NCBI GenBank assembly: GCA_963847185.1
Contig: CAWJYV010000007.1
Span: 608,001-672,000, forward strand
Length of the DNA stretch: 64,000 nucleotides
DNA from: an uncultured Methanosarcinaceae archaeon
GTDB taxonomy: Archaea; Halobacteriota; Methanosarcinia; Methanosarcinales; Methanosarcinaceae
Reading direction: 5' to 3'
Part shown: positions 9,722-19,611 of the stretch, piece by piece
How the letters are laid out: each line of letters starts with the position of its first letter
Numbering within the stretch: the first letter of the stretch is position 1
The notes under the pieces: generated by a model
What the model was told of the DNA's origin: nothing
Databases searched by the model: none
Seen by the model: only the letters and a program-made list of their open reading frames with translations
Position numbers and translations under genes: made by a program

Positions 9722-10705
9722 GTGTACGCATCAATTAATTTCTGTAATCTAATTAAAAAATTGGCTCTTATAATCGCTTCTCTTTCAATTGTGTCTTTAC
9801 TATCTATTTCTCCTGCAGTTGCAGCTGTCAACGGCTGGGAATTTTCCCCTCAAAAACCTGTCTCCGGGGATATTCTCAACATACAGGGAAGTGCTTCACC
9901 TGAAGAGTATATAGATGCATTCGTAACCTTTGAAAAAACGGTTTCTGTATCCGATGGGGAGTTTGAATACATTCTTGAAGACGTAAAAATCCCTGAAGGG
10001 ATGAACAATAGATTTACGGTCGAAGCCACTGGAGCTAAAAACCTCAATGTGAGGGTAAAAATGGTAGTCTGGGTGACAAAAAGCTCAGAGGCTTCAGGAG
10101 ACACTGCAATCGTATCCCAGTCAAGTGTTCCATCGGGAACGTATAAAATAAAGATCGATGGAGACGCAGGAGAAGGGGTTTCAAAAGTAAAACTGAAGAT
10201 CACGGCTTTTCAGAGTATAAAAGCTGATTCTAACGGTGAGTTTACCTACTCTTATTCTACAAAATCGATACCTTCCGGGGATTTTGATATCAAAGTGGGA
10301 GGAATCACAAAAACAGTAACTATTAAGTCTGAGGAAAATTCAGGGTCAACTTCGGATTCATCTTCTACAGATACTTCTTCCAAAGGCTCTACTTCCTCAG
10401 ATTCTTCCTTCGAAGACTCATCATCTGAAAAGTCGCCTTCCTCAAGTTCTATTCCCACAAACTCTTCTTCTGCAGATGTCGAGTCTCATGTGAATCTGGA
10501 TAATTCTGGAGTCATTCAAGAAAAGGGAACTTCTGAAGTTACAAATCAGAATGAGGATCTCGTAAATAAAGAAAATAAGACACAGCTTTCTGGAAAAAGT
10601 ACTCAGGCTTCGGGATCTTCTGGACAATCTACAGATAAACTCTATCTGCTCGCAGGAATGGGGGCAGGACTTCTGATCTTGATAATCTATTCAAGAAAGA
10701 AATAA
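9722..10705 (+). CDS. Secreted, C-terminally anchored surface protein with Ser-rich linker, copy 1
   Basis: Signal peptide ending AVAA, beta-rich domain, Ser/Thr linker, TM plus RKK; AGGAG ribosome-binding site. Confidence 0.85.
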   Translation: MYASINFCNLIKKLALIIASLSIVSLLSISPAVAAVNGWEFSPQKPVSGDILNIQGSASPEEYIDAFVTFEKTVSVSDGEFEYILEDVKIPEGMNNRFTVEATGAKNLNVRVKMVVWVTKSSEASGDTAIVSQSSVPSGTYKIKIDGDAGEGVSKVKLKITAFQSIKADSNGEFTYSYSTKSIPSGDFDIKVGGITKTVTIKSEENSGSTSDSSSTDTSSKGSTSSDSSFEDSSSEKSPSSSSIPTNSSSADVESHVNLDNSGVIQEKGTSEVTNQNEDLVNKENKTQLSGKSTQASGSSGQSTDKLYLLAGMGAGLLILIIYSRKK

Positions 10706-10794
10706 AGTAAAAAAGGCAACAGGTGATTATAATGCAAGATAACTTGTTATCCTGATACAGAAGTGGGTTAAAATTCGACAAATAGAATGGAGGT

Positions 10795-12942
10795 ATGTAT
10801 TTGAAAAACAGTCTACTGATAGTTACACTCGGTATATTAATATTAACCTCTGCAACGGTAATGGCAGATGAAAATGTAGAAAATTCAAGCTATATTGGCA
10901 GTATAAATTTTACTGATAGAGTGGTTCATGTCCTTGACCATACAAACGATCCAGATGAAGGAAACTGGATTACAATGAACTGCTCTTTCAAACGGAAGGG
11001 GGTTCAGCTTCCCTCGCCAATAAGCCTTACATACACTGGCCCGAAATCTGTTGAATATGGTGGAGTTTCCGGGACCTTATACAAAGGAGAAAACGAAAGT
11101 TACACGGTGAGCTACCCTTCAGGGTCTTCTTATCTCACCCATCCAGTTTACCTGCCAGAGGAAAATGTAGAGATGTGTTTCTACGGGAATTCATCTTTAG
11201 AAGGAAATGTGAATATCTACCTGCTCAAATTAACTTCTGGTTCTGCATACGGAATCTTTGATGCTCTCAAAGCAGGAGAGACTGGGAATTTGAATAGCCT
11301 TTTCCATAGTAACATGGATGGAAGTTATAAGAAATATACTACTGTTCTTGGAGAAAATGGCGATTTACTAAATTATGATTTGGGGACACCTGATGCAGGA
11401 CAGTACTGTATAGTTATGACCAGGGAAAACGAAGACAATAGCCTGACAGTTCTTTCTGCAACGGTTTTTATAGTAGTGGAAGATGATCTGCTCGTTTCCG
11501 CTCCTGAATCTATAGTGAAAGGAGAAGACCTGGAAATAAGCATGGAGCTTGAAAATGCTTCCAATGAGAGTAACTGTACTTATGGAGCAGTGCTTATTAA
11601 TGAAGATGCATACAGGGCAGATGTGAGAATCAATTCAAACGGCACGAGAAACGGAACTTCTGTAATAATAAATGATATAGATCTTATTGATGAGTTTGAC
11701 ATTAATTCCTCTAATTATAAGTCAAAAATTTCCAGGAATGAAATCCAGACAGAGATCCAAACCATGATAGGAGAAGGAAATGGATCTCTAGCAATAGGGG
11801 AAAAAGGACAGAAAACATTGTCAATTACAGCCTTTGATTTGCCAGAAGGCAACTATTATCTCCTTGTTGGAGCATATACTCCAGGAAAGGGACTTGTAGG
11901 GCTTAATCAGGTTAAAGTTGAGATAAAATCAACGGATAATTCCAATGATGACGGCTCTGGAGGAGATGATGGTTCTGGAGGAGATGATGGCTCTGGAGGA
12001 GATGATGGCTCTGGAGGAGATGATGGCTCTGGAGGAGATGATGGCTCTGGAGGAGATGATGGCTCTGGAGGAGATGATGGCTCTGGAGGAGATGATGGCT
12101 CTGGAGGAGATGATGGCTCTGGAGGAGATGATGGCTCTGGAGGAGATGATGGCTCTGGAGGAGATGATGGCTCTGGAGGAGATGATGGCTCTGGAGGCAG
12201 TGGTAGCTCTGGAAGTAGCAGTAGTTCTGGAAGTGGTGGAAGCTCTGGAACCGGTGGCTCTCCTGAATCAGCTAAGAATATCAATTCAAAGGAACTCTGC
12301 CAGCAATATATTTCAAGTGGTAAGATAATAAGATTCGAGTTCACTAAGGGAAGTACCTGTGTTGACTATGTAGTATTTAAAGCAAAGAAAACTGCCGGAA
12401 AAACAACCACAATAGTCGAAGAGCTAAAAGGAAAGTCCATTTTAACTCCTGAAGAACCTGAAGGGGAAATCTACAAACATATAAATATTTGGGTTGGGAA
12501 CAGTGGATTTGCAAACTCAAACAACATTGAAAATGCAACTGTAGGTTTTAAGATTAGCAAGGATTGGATAGATGAAAACCACATCAATATAAACTCTTTA
12601 GTTCTTCAGCACTTCAGCGACAAAAAGTGGAACTCTCTTTCTACCAAGAAGGTTGACGAAGATGAAGAATATATCTACTTTGAAGCTGAAACTCCCAGTT
12701 TCTCCCCATTTGCAATCTCAGCCGAAAAGAATGTGGTAGTTATTGAGGAGAATGGAGGAAAAATTGAGGAGTCTTCAGACTTATCTTCAGAGGAGGAAAT
12801 CGGATCTACCAATGGGACTGATACTAATTCTCAGAAAAACAAAAATGATACAATTTCAAAAATTACAATTTTCTTTGCGGGATTAATCATTATTCTCGTT
12901 ATAGGTGCGATTATAATGAAGAAAAAGGAACCTGAGAATTAA
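10795..12942 (+). CDS. TIGR04279-type methanogen extracellular domain protein with (DDGSGG)14 linker and PGF-pre-PGF domain
   Basis: Signal peptide; Tyr-rich ~340-aa domain (GNWI, THPVYLP, YGAVLINEDAY); ESAKNI..KAKKTAGK..IYKHINIWVGNSG..ETPSFSPFAI; C-terminal TM. Confidence 0.85.
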   Translation: MYLKNSLLIVTLGILILTSATVMADENVENSSYIGSINFTDRVVHVLDHTNDPDEGNWITMNCSFKRKGVQLPSPISLTYTGPKSVEYGGVSGTLYKGENESYTVSYPSGSSYLTHPVYLPEENVEMCFYGNSSLEGNVNIYLLKLTSGSAYGIFDALKAGETGNLNSLFHSNMDGSYKKYTTVLGENGDLLNYDLGTPDAGQYCIVMTRENEDNSLTVLSATVFIVVEDDLLVSAPESIVKGEDLEISMELENASNESNCTYGAVLINEDAYRADVRINSNGTRNGTSVIINDIDLIDEFDINSSNYKSKISRNEIQTEIQTMIGEGNGSLAIGEKGQKTLSITAFDLPEGNYYLLVGAYTPGKGLVGLNQVKVEIKSTDNSNDDGSGGDDGSGGDDGSGGDDGSGGDDGSGGDDGSGGDDGSGGDDGSGGDDGSGGDDGSGGDDGSGGDDGSGGDDGSGGDDGSGGSGSSGSSSSSGSGGSSGTGGSPESAKNINSKELCQQYISSGKIIRFEFTKGSTCVDYVVFKAKKTAGKTTTIVEELKGKSILTPEEPEGEIYKHINIWVGNSGFANSNNIENATVGFKISKDWIDENHININSLVLQHFSDKKWNSLSTKKVDEDEEYIYFEAETPSFSPFAISAEKNVVVIEENGGKIEESSDLSSEEEIGSTNGTDTNSQKNKNDTISKITIFFAGLIIILVIGAIIMKKKEPEN
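11947..12198 (+). repeat. 18-bp tandem repeat x14 (GATGATGGCTCTGGAGGA) encoding DDGSGG
   Basis: Directly visible; 252 bp = 14 units. Confidence 0.97.
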
Positions 12943-12960
12943 AAGATAATGTAAAAGTTA

Positions 12961-12987
12961 AAACAGAAGACGGAAAGTCTTCTGTTT
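12961..12987 (+). terminator. Hairpin terminator after the first surface operon
   Basis: AAACAGAAGAC-GGAAA-GTCTTCTGTTT; a related hairpin follows copy 2 at ~18209-18235. Confidence 0.6.
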
Positions 12988-13126
12988 CCGCTTATTTTCG
13001 AAAATATCTTATGATAAGTGCCAAATTTTCTTCAAGCAGGATTAATTCTTTTACAAATTATAAAAGCAATCCTGTTTTTTACTTTTAAGCAGCTTTTACA
13101 ACCTTTGACAATCCTCGGTAGTTCCT

Positions 13127-13195
13127 ATTAGTTGGTTGATGTTATTTCCAAAACACTTTTATGTAGTATCATATCTTTTTTTCGATTCAGTAAGT
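13127..13195 (-). mobile_element. Decayed fragment of an IS701-family element end
   Basis: ATTAGTTGGTTGATGTTATTT (13127-13147) is identical to 55779-55799 of the IS701 element, with looser similarity downstream. Confidence 0.55.
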
Positions 13196-13495
13196 GATTC
13201 TGTGAGGTTATTAGACATGCTTTGATGCACAAAGCATAAGCATTTCTACCATTGGAAACTTAATCCTGAAAACATCAACCGGATAATGAGGGACGACCAG
13301 AGCTTAAAGATGTCCTCAATATTTTGTAAAACAGATTTTTCTTTTTTGTGAGACTTTTTGAGGGGAAGAGAAGTCAAGAGAAGAATCAGCAAACGTTTTC
13401 AGAACAGATCTTTAAAGCTGTATAATATAAAATGAAAACCGGCCAAGGCCGGCCACAAATTTGAAAAGCGAAAATAGTGTTCCGAAAATCCGGAA

Positions 13496-13744
13496 TCATA
13501 TAATATCTACAACACTGAACACTAGAATTGCTAAAAAACACACTAACAAAGGCATTAGTGCCATGTTAAACGAGCTGTTAAGGGAATTATTCCATTTTTT
13601 CGATGCTGAAAGAATCTCCTTCAAAGAAAGGAGAGCTATCAGCCCTACAACTACCGCAGCCCCATATTGTGGAAGGCCGGGACTCGTAATCATTGAAATT
13701 GCACTCGAAGATATTGCACTCGATGAAATGATACTCAATAACAT
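13496..13744 (-). CDS. Small 82-aa hydrophobic membrane protein, copy 2
   Basis: Near-identical paralog of 8896-9144. Confidence 0.85.
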   Translation of the reverse strand: MLLSIISSSAISSSAISMITSPGLPQYGAAVVVGLIALLSLKEILSASKKWNNSLNSSFNMALMPLLVCFLAILVFSVVDII

Positions 13745-14308
13745 AGTGTGCCCCCTAATAGTAGACTTATTCTGTTTTTTATTATGTAAGTATAAGATAT
13801 GAACACTCTAATGTATAAAAAACTTTTGTAAGATTTTGGGCAATTGATACACAACGATAGTTTAAAAAGAATATGGGGAGCAAGAACATCGTCTAAAATA
13901 CATAATAATCAGGGAGCTCGATCACTTTGAGAAAATTAAGATATTTTTATGCAATCTAAAACTTATGACATATGACAGAAAATTCGAAAGTAATATAAAC
14001 ATCCTATAACATTGTTAAAATATTTACTCAGACTCTTGTGATGTTTAAACCTAGGTATCATAAGGAGGCTTAAAGAGATCCTAAATTAGTAGGTGAGCAA
14101 AAGTAAGAAACTATAGCAGTAGTGAGGACTCAGATAATACCTACTGAGAATAAACTCTGCATATCAAGAGTCAAGCGCGTGATTTGATAAATAACTGCAC
14201 ATTGTCAGGGGGAGGCAAAATGTCAGCACAACAATGTCCAAAGTTTGATTAAAAGTAGAACCGCAGTAAAAATTATAATTTGATTCCAATTAAAAAGGAG
14301 TAATTCCT

Positions 14309-15409
14309 GTGTACGCATCAATTAATTTCTGTAATCTAATTAAAAAATTGGCTCTTATAATCGCTTCTCTTTCAATTGTGTCTTTACTATCTATTTCTCC
14401 TGCAGTTGCAGCTGTCAACGGCTGGGAATTTTCCCCTCAAAAACCTGTTTCCGGGGATATTCTCAACATACAGGGAAGTGCTTCACCTGAAGAGGATGTA
14501 GATGCATTCGTAACCTTTGAAAAAACGGTTTCTGTATCCGGCGGGGAGTTTGAATACATTCTTGAAGACGTAAAAATCCCTGAAGGAATGGACAACAGAT
14601 TTACGGTCGAAGCCACTGGAGCTAAAAACCTCAATGTGAGGGTGAAAATAATAGTCTGGGTGACAAAAAGCTCAGAGGCTTCAGGAAATACTGCAATCGT
14701 ATCCCAGTCAAGTGTTCCATCGGGAACGTATAAAATAAAGATCGATGGAGATGCAGGAGAAGGTGTTTCAAAAGTAAAACTGAAGATCACGGCTTTTCAG
14801 GGTATAAAAGCTGATTCTAATGGTAAGTTTACCTACTCTTATTCCACAAAATCGATACCGTCCGGGGATTTTGATATCAAAGTGGGGGGAATCACAAAAA
14901 CAGTAACCATTAAGTCTAAAGAAAAGTCAGGAGCAACTTCAGGTTCTTCTTCAGATTCATCTTCTACAGATTCCTCTTCCACAAACTCTTCCTCAAATGG
15001 AGCTTTCTCAAACGAGACCTCCTCAAATGGAGCTTTCTCAAACGAGACCTCCTCAAATGGAGCTTTCTCAAACGAGACCTCCTCAAATGAAGCTTCCTCA
15101 AACGAGACCTCCTCAAATGAAACATCCTCAAATGAAAAATCTTCAAAAGAAACTTCTTCCTCAAGTTTTTCTGCGACAGAAACACAATCTCCTGTAAATT
15201 CAGGAAAATCTAAAGCAACTGAGGAAAAAGAGGATTCTGAAGTTACAACTCAAGATGGAAATCTTGTAGAAGAAGGAAATAATAAACAACTTTCCGGAAA
15301 AAATATCCCAGCTTCCGAATCTTCTGGACAATCTACAGATAAACTTTATCTGCTCGCAGGAATGGGGGCAGGACTTCTGATCCTGATAATCTATTCAAGA
15401 AAGAAATGA
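14309..15409 (+). CDS. Secreted, C-terminally anchored surface protein with Ser/Asn-rich repeat linker, copy 2
   Basis: N-terminal ~200 aa near-identical to 9722-10705; identical C-terminal SSGQSTDKLYLLAGMGAGLLILIIYSRKK. Confidence 0.85.
   Translation: MYASINFCNLIKKLALIIASLSIVSLLSISPAVAAVNGWEFSPQKPVSGDILNIQGSASPEEDVDAFVTFEKTVSVSGGEFEYILEDVKIPEGMDNRFTVEATGAKNLNVRVKIIVWVTKSSEASGNTAIVSQSSVPSGTYKIKIDGDAGEGVSKVKLKITAFQGIKADSNGKFTYSYSTKSIPSGDFDIKVGGITKTVTIKSKEKSGATSGSSSDSSSTDSSSTNSSSNGAFSNETSSNGAFSNETSSNGAFSNETSSNEASSNETSSNETSSNEKSSKETSSSSFSATETQSPVNSGKSKATEEKEDSEVTTQDGNLVEEGNNKQLSGKNIPASESSGQSTDKLYLLAGMGAGLLILIIYSRKK
14991..15135 (+). repeat. 30-bp tandem repeat encoding SSNGAFSNET (x3 plus degenerate units)
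   Basis: CCTCAAATGGAGCTTTCTCAAACGAGACCT repeated. Confidence 0.9.
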
Positions 15410-15547
15410 AGTCAAGAAAGAAACGATCAAGAAAGAAGTGAAATCAAGAAATAAATGAAGTAAAAACGGCAACAAGGTGATTATCATGCAAAAGTCTGCT
15501 ATCTTCAATCAGGATAGCTGAAAAAATTCGATAAACAGAGTGGAGGT

Positions 15548-18190
15548 ATGGACTTGAAAAAGAGTCTACTGATAATTGCATTATGTGTATTCATATCAGT
15601 CTCTGCAACAGCAATTGCAGGCAATGATAAAACAAACGTAAGTCCTATTGGTGATTTAAACTTTGCCGATAGGGTTGTTAATGTCCTTGATCACACGAGC
15701 GATCCAAACGGAGGAAACTGGATTACACTGGGAAAATACTCTGATTTAAGAAGAATCCAGCTTCCCTCTCCAATGAGTCTCACATATAACGGTCCTAAGC
15801 ATATTGAATACGGTGGAGCTTCCGGGACCCTATACAAAGGAGAAAATGAAATTTACACTGTAAGCTACCCATCAAGCTATTCTTACCGCACTCATCCAGT
15901 TTACCTGCCAGGGGAAAAAGTAAAAATGTCTTTTCATGGAGAGCGAGGCCTGGAGGGCGATGTGGATATCTACCTGTTTAACCTGACCTCAGATTCTGCA
16001 TACGGAATCTTTGATGCTCTCAAAGCAGGAGAGATAGGAAATTTGGATAGCCTTTTCCACAGCAATATGGACGGGAATTATAAGAAATATACTGCTGATC
16101 TTGGAGGAAATGGCGATTTATTAAACTATGATTTAGGATCGTTTGATGCAGGACAGTACTGTATAGTCATGATTCAGGAAAATGAGGACAGTAGTCTGAC
16201 AGTACTTTCTGCAACAGCTTTCGTAGTTACAGAATATGAACTGAAGATTTCAACTCCTGGGTACACAGGGTTCATAGTAAAGGGGAAGAATCTCGATATA
16301 AGTATGGACCTTAAGGATGCTTCTGATGAGGATGAATGCACTTATGGAGCAGTACTGATCAATGAAGATGCATATAAAGCAGACGTAATAATTAATTCCG
16401 ATGGCACAAGGAGTGGTAGTTCCCTAATAATAAATGATATAGATATCATTGATGAGTTTGATATTAACACCTCAAATTATAAATCCAAATTGACTAAAAA
16501 CGAACTTCAGGAAGAACTCCAGACTCTTATTGGGGAAGGAAAAGGCACTATAGCAGTAGGGGAAGCAGGCGATAGTACACTCTCGCTCACTACTCTTGAT
16601 CTGTCTGCTGGGACATATTACGTCTTTGTAGGGGCATATATTCCAGGAAAGGGACTTGTAGGGCTTAATCAGTTAGAAACCAGGATTTCAGGCAAGTGCT
16701 GTGACAATTGTGATAACTGTCATGGCAATTGCTGTGACGACTGTGCTAACTGCCCCGACTGTGACTATATTCCTGATAACAAGTGTTGTGGTAATTGTGA
16801 TAACTGTCATGGCAATTGCTGTAACGACTGTCCTAACTGCCCCTACTGTGACTATAACCACCCTGATGACGAGTGTTGTGACAATTGTGACGGCTGTCAC
16901 GACGGCAAATGCTGTGACGACTGTGATGACTGTGAGAACTGTAACCCCACCGTTGACTATGTTGTTGGTTTTATTGCCAGTCCAATGAGTGGTAAGGCTC
17001 CTCTTTGTGTCCAGTTCACTGACAAAAGCACAGGCTCACCAACAACATGGTATTGGGACTTTGGAGATGGAACCAACTCAACCGAGCAGAATCCTATACA
17101 TATTTTCACTGCAGCAGGCACTTACACTGTCAAGCTGACAGCAAGCTATGGAAATGTAAATATTTCAAAAACTGCCACAGTAACAATAATTGCGACGAAA
17201 CACAGTCCAAGTGACCTTGTTGCTGATTTTATTGCCAGTCCAATGAGTGGTAAGGCTCCTCTTTGTGTCCAGTTCACTGACAAAAGCACAGGCTCACCAA
17301 CAGCATGGTACTGGAACTTTGGAGATGGAGCCAGCTCAACCGCACAGAGTCCAGCACATACTTTCACTGCAGAAGGCACTTACACTGTCAATCTGACAGC
17401 AAGCAATGAAAATGGAACTTCCCCAACTCCAAAAACTGCTACAATAACTGTAAAGAAAGAGGGTGGCGGTGGCGGTGGCTCTGGAAGCGGCGGTAGCTCA
17501 GGAGGCAGTATTTCTCCTGAATCTTCTAAAAACATCAAGTGCAAGGAGCTCTGTCAGCAGTATATCTCAAGTGGTGAATTCATAAAGTTTGAGTTCAAAA
17601 AGGGAGACACCTGCATCAACTATGTGACATTTAAGGCAAAGAAAACTGCTGGAAAAACCACTGCAATTGTTGAAGAGTTAAAAGAAAAATCAAGTCTAAC
17701 TCCAGAAAAACCTGAAGGAGAGATATGCAAATACGTAAATATCTGGGTAGGAAACAGTGGCTTTGCAAATTCCAATAACATTGAAAATGCAACTGTTGGC
17801 TTTAAAGTAAGTAAGGACTGGATTGATAAAAATAACATCAATTTAGATTCATTAGTCCTTCAGCACTTCAATGACAAAAAGTGGAACCATCTTCCTACCA
17901 AGAAGATTGATGAAGATAAAGAGTATATCTACTTTGAATCTTCAACTCCCAGTTTCTCTCCATTCGCAATCTCAGCCGAAAAGAATAAAGTAACGATTGA
18001 GGGGAAAGACAGAGAAAATGATGTATGTTCAGGAGATGTGGCACAGGACGAAACCAAGTCAACCAGTGACACTACTTCCCAGGAAAACAAAAATCAAACA
18101 ATTTTGAAAATTACAACCTTCCTTGCAGGATTAATTATCATTCTCATTATAGGCGCAATTATAATGAGGAAAAAGAAACCTGAACAATAA
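15548..18190 (+). CDS. TIGR04279-type surface protein with Cys-rich triple repeat, two PKD domains and PGF-pre-PGF domain
   Basis: Paralog of 10795-12942; PKD motifs VQFTDKSTGSPT.WYW.FGDG; Cys-rich insert; C-terminal TM. Confidence 0.88.
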   Translation: MDLKKSLLIIALCVFISVSATAIAGNDKTNVSPIGDLNFADRVVNVLDHTSDPNGGNWITLGKYSDLRRIQLPSPMSLTYNGPKHIEYGGASGTLYKGENEIYTVSYPSSYSYRTHPVYLPGEKVKMSFHGERGLEGDVDIYLFNLTSDSAYGIFDALKAGEIGNLDSLFHSNMDGNYKKYTADLGGNGDLLNYDLGSFDAGQYCIVMIQENEDSSLTVLSATAFVVTEYELKISTPGYTGFIVKGKNLDISMDLKDASDEDECTYGAVLINEDAYKADVIINSDGTRSGSSLIINDIDIIDEFDINTSNYKSKLTKNELQEELQTLIGEGKGTIAVGEAGDSTLSLTTLDLSAGTYYVFVGAYIPGKGLVGLNQLETRISGKCCDNCDNCHGNCCDDCANCPDCDYIPDNKCCGNCDNCHGNCCNDCPNCPYCDYNHPDDECCDNCDGCHDGKCCDDCDDCENCNPTVDYVVGFIASPMSGKAPLCVQFTDKSTGSPTTWYWDFGDGTNSTEQNPIHIFTAAGTYTVKLTASYGNVNISKTATVTIIATKHSPSDLVADFIASPMSGKAPLCVQFTDKSTGSPTAWYWNFGDGASSTAQSPAHTFTAEGTYTVNLTASNENGTSPTPKTATITVKKEGGGGGGSGSGGSSGGSISPESSKNIKCKELCQQYISSGEFIKFEFKKGDTCINYVTFKAKKTAGKTTAIVEELKEKSSLTPEKPEGEICKYVNIWVGNSGFANSNNIENATVGFKVSKDWIDKNNINLDSLVLQHFNDKKWNHLPTKKIDEDKEYIYFESSTPSFSPFAISAEKNKVTIEGKDRENDVCSGDVAQDETKSTSDTTSQENKNQTILKITTFLAGLIIILIIGAIIMRKKKPEQ
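16694..16942 (+). repeat. Three units of about 87-90 bp (third shorter) encoding CCxxCxxCH-x2-3-CCxxCxxCxxC
   Basis: Translation shows 9 Cys per unit, 27 in total. Confidence 0.9.
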
Positions 18191-18275
18191 GAAGGTATTG
18201 TAAAAGTAAAACAGGAGACATATTCTGTCTTCTGTAATTACCCTATTTTTGAAAGAAAACTGCTCTTATAACCTT

Positions 18276-19172
18276 TTAAATCAGACTCTTTAATCCTTCC
18301 TGAAGTTCAATCTCTCCTTTCCACCAGCTGGAAATTCTTGACACATCTGCTAGAGAGTCCTTAACATCACCTGCTCTTGGCGTGGCGTGTACGATCCTGC
18401 TGGAAGAGTCTGTCAACTTGATAATATTTTCGGCAAGTTCTAGGACTGTTACGCTTTTTCCCATAGCCACATTAAAGACCTGTCCATCTCCATGCTCAAG
18501 GGCTGCAGCGTTTGCCCTGACTACGTCTTTGATATGCACAAAGTCCCGACTCTGGAGGCCATCTCCGTAGATAACCAAATCCTTCCCCGCTTTTGCCCTC
18601 TCAAGGAAAATAGGAATCACAGCTGCGTATGGAGACTTCGGGTCCTGGCGGGGACCGTATACATTAAAGTAACGCAGGCATGTAGTCCGGAGCCCATGAG
18701 CCTCATAGAACATCCTTGCCAGATACTCTCCATCTAGTTTGGAAATTGCATAGGGGGAGGATGGTTCAGGATACATATCTTCGCGCTTTGGAAGAACCGG
18801 ATTGTTTCCGTAAACAGCAGCTGAGGATGCAGTTACGAATTTATCTACTCCGGCTTTAACGCAGGCCTGCAATACGTTAAGGGTTCCTAGAGTATTGATC
18901 CGGAAAGCTTCAGCCGGAACTTCACAACTCAGAGGTACAGATACAAGGGCAGCTTCATGAAAGACATAATCCATTCCCGAAGCCGTTTTTTCAACTAAAG
19001 AATAGTCACATATGTCTCCCTGAATGAACTCTACGTTTTTGTATTGAGGGATATTCCTTAGAAAACCCGTGACAAGATTATCCAGAATCCTGACTGTGTG
19101 TCCTGCTTCTGCAAAATACTCAGCTATATGGGAGCCTATGAAACCTGCTCCCCCTGTAACCAGCACTTTCAT
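18276..19172 (-). CDS. galE: NAD-dependent epimerase, UDP-glucose 4-epimerase-like
   Basis: VTGGAGFIGSH, SSAAVYG, YAISK, LRYFNVYGPRQ. Confidence 0.85.
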   Translation of the reverse strand: MKVLVTGGAGFIGSHIAEYFAEAGHTVRILDNLVTGFLRNIPQYKNVEFIQGDICDYSLVEKTASGMDYVFHEAALVSVPLSCEVPAEAFRINTLGTLNVLQACVKAGVDKFVTASSAAVYGNNPVLPKREDMYPEPSSPYAISKLDGEYLARMFYEAHGLRTTCLRYFNVYGPRQDPKSPYAAVIPIFLERAKAGKDLVIYGDGLQSRDFVHIKDVVRANAAALEHGDGQVFNVAMGKSVTVLELAENIIKLTDSSSRIVHATPRAGDVKDSLADVSRISSWWKGEIELQEGLKSLI

Positions 19173-19611
19173 GTTTGCAGAAATGGGAAAAATACAACAT
19201 AAAATTTTCTATGCATTCCCAAGTTGTCTCAGATAAAGTTGGGATATTTCAGAGGCATAGGAAATAGTTCAGTCTTTAAAAAGTCTTTCAAAGAGGGAAA
19301 ATTTTTCATAGAAAAAAGCCTTATGAATATTGGGGAATCAAAAATTTGCGTAACTAAGGGGGATCATTTAGAGGTACAGATCCGACGTAGGGGCAGGACA
19401 TACTCAAAACTGAGAATTCTAGTGAGAAAAAGTGCTACACGAGGTACTTTCTTATATAATGTAGTATGTTCCATCCTATCTCCTGCGACATAAAACCTGA
19501 AAATATAAGCTTGATTTGAAATATATGCATAAAAACAGCAGGTTGCTTGAAGGCTCACATAAGTATAAATTCAAAGAAGATAAAGTATCAAAAATTTCAT
19601 CAGTGATAAAA

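Noticed and set aside
11947-12198. Possible CRISPR array
   Set aside because: Head-to-tail tandem repeat with no spacers, in frame within a CDS; no cas genes in the window
11907-12344. ORFs with (PPEPSS)n and (MMALEE)n
   Set aside because: Alternate-frame and antisense readings of the 18-bp repeat inside the surface-protein gene
16688-16988. Thr/Val-rich ORFs overlapping the Cys repeat
   Set aside because: Shadow frames of the repeat; the Cys frame is continuous with the 880-aa protein
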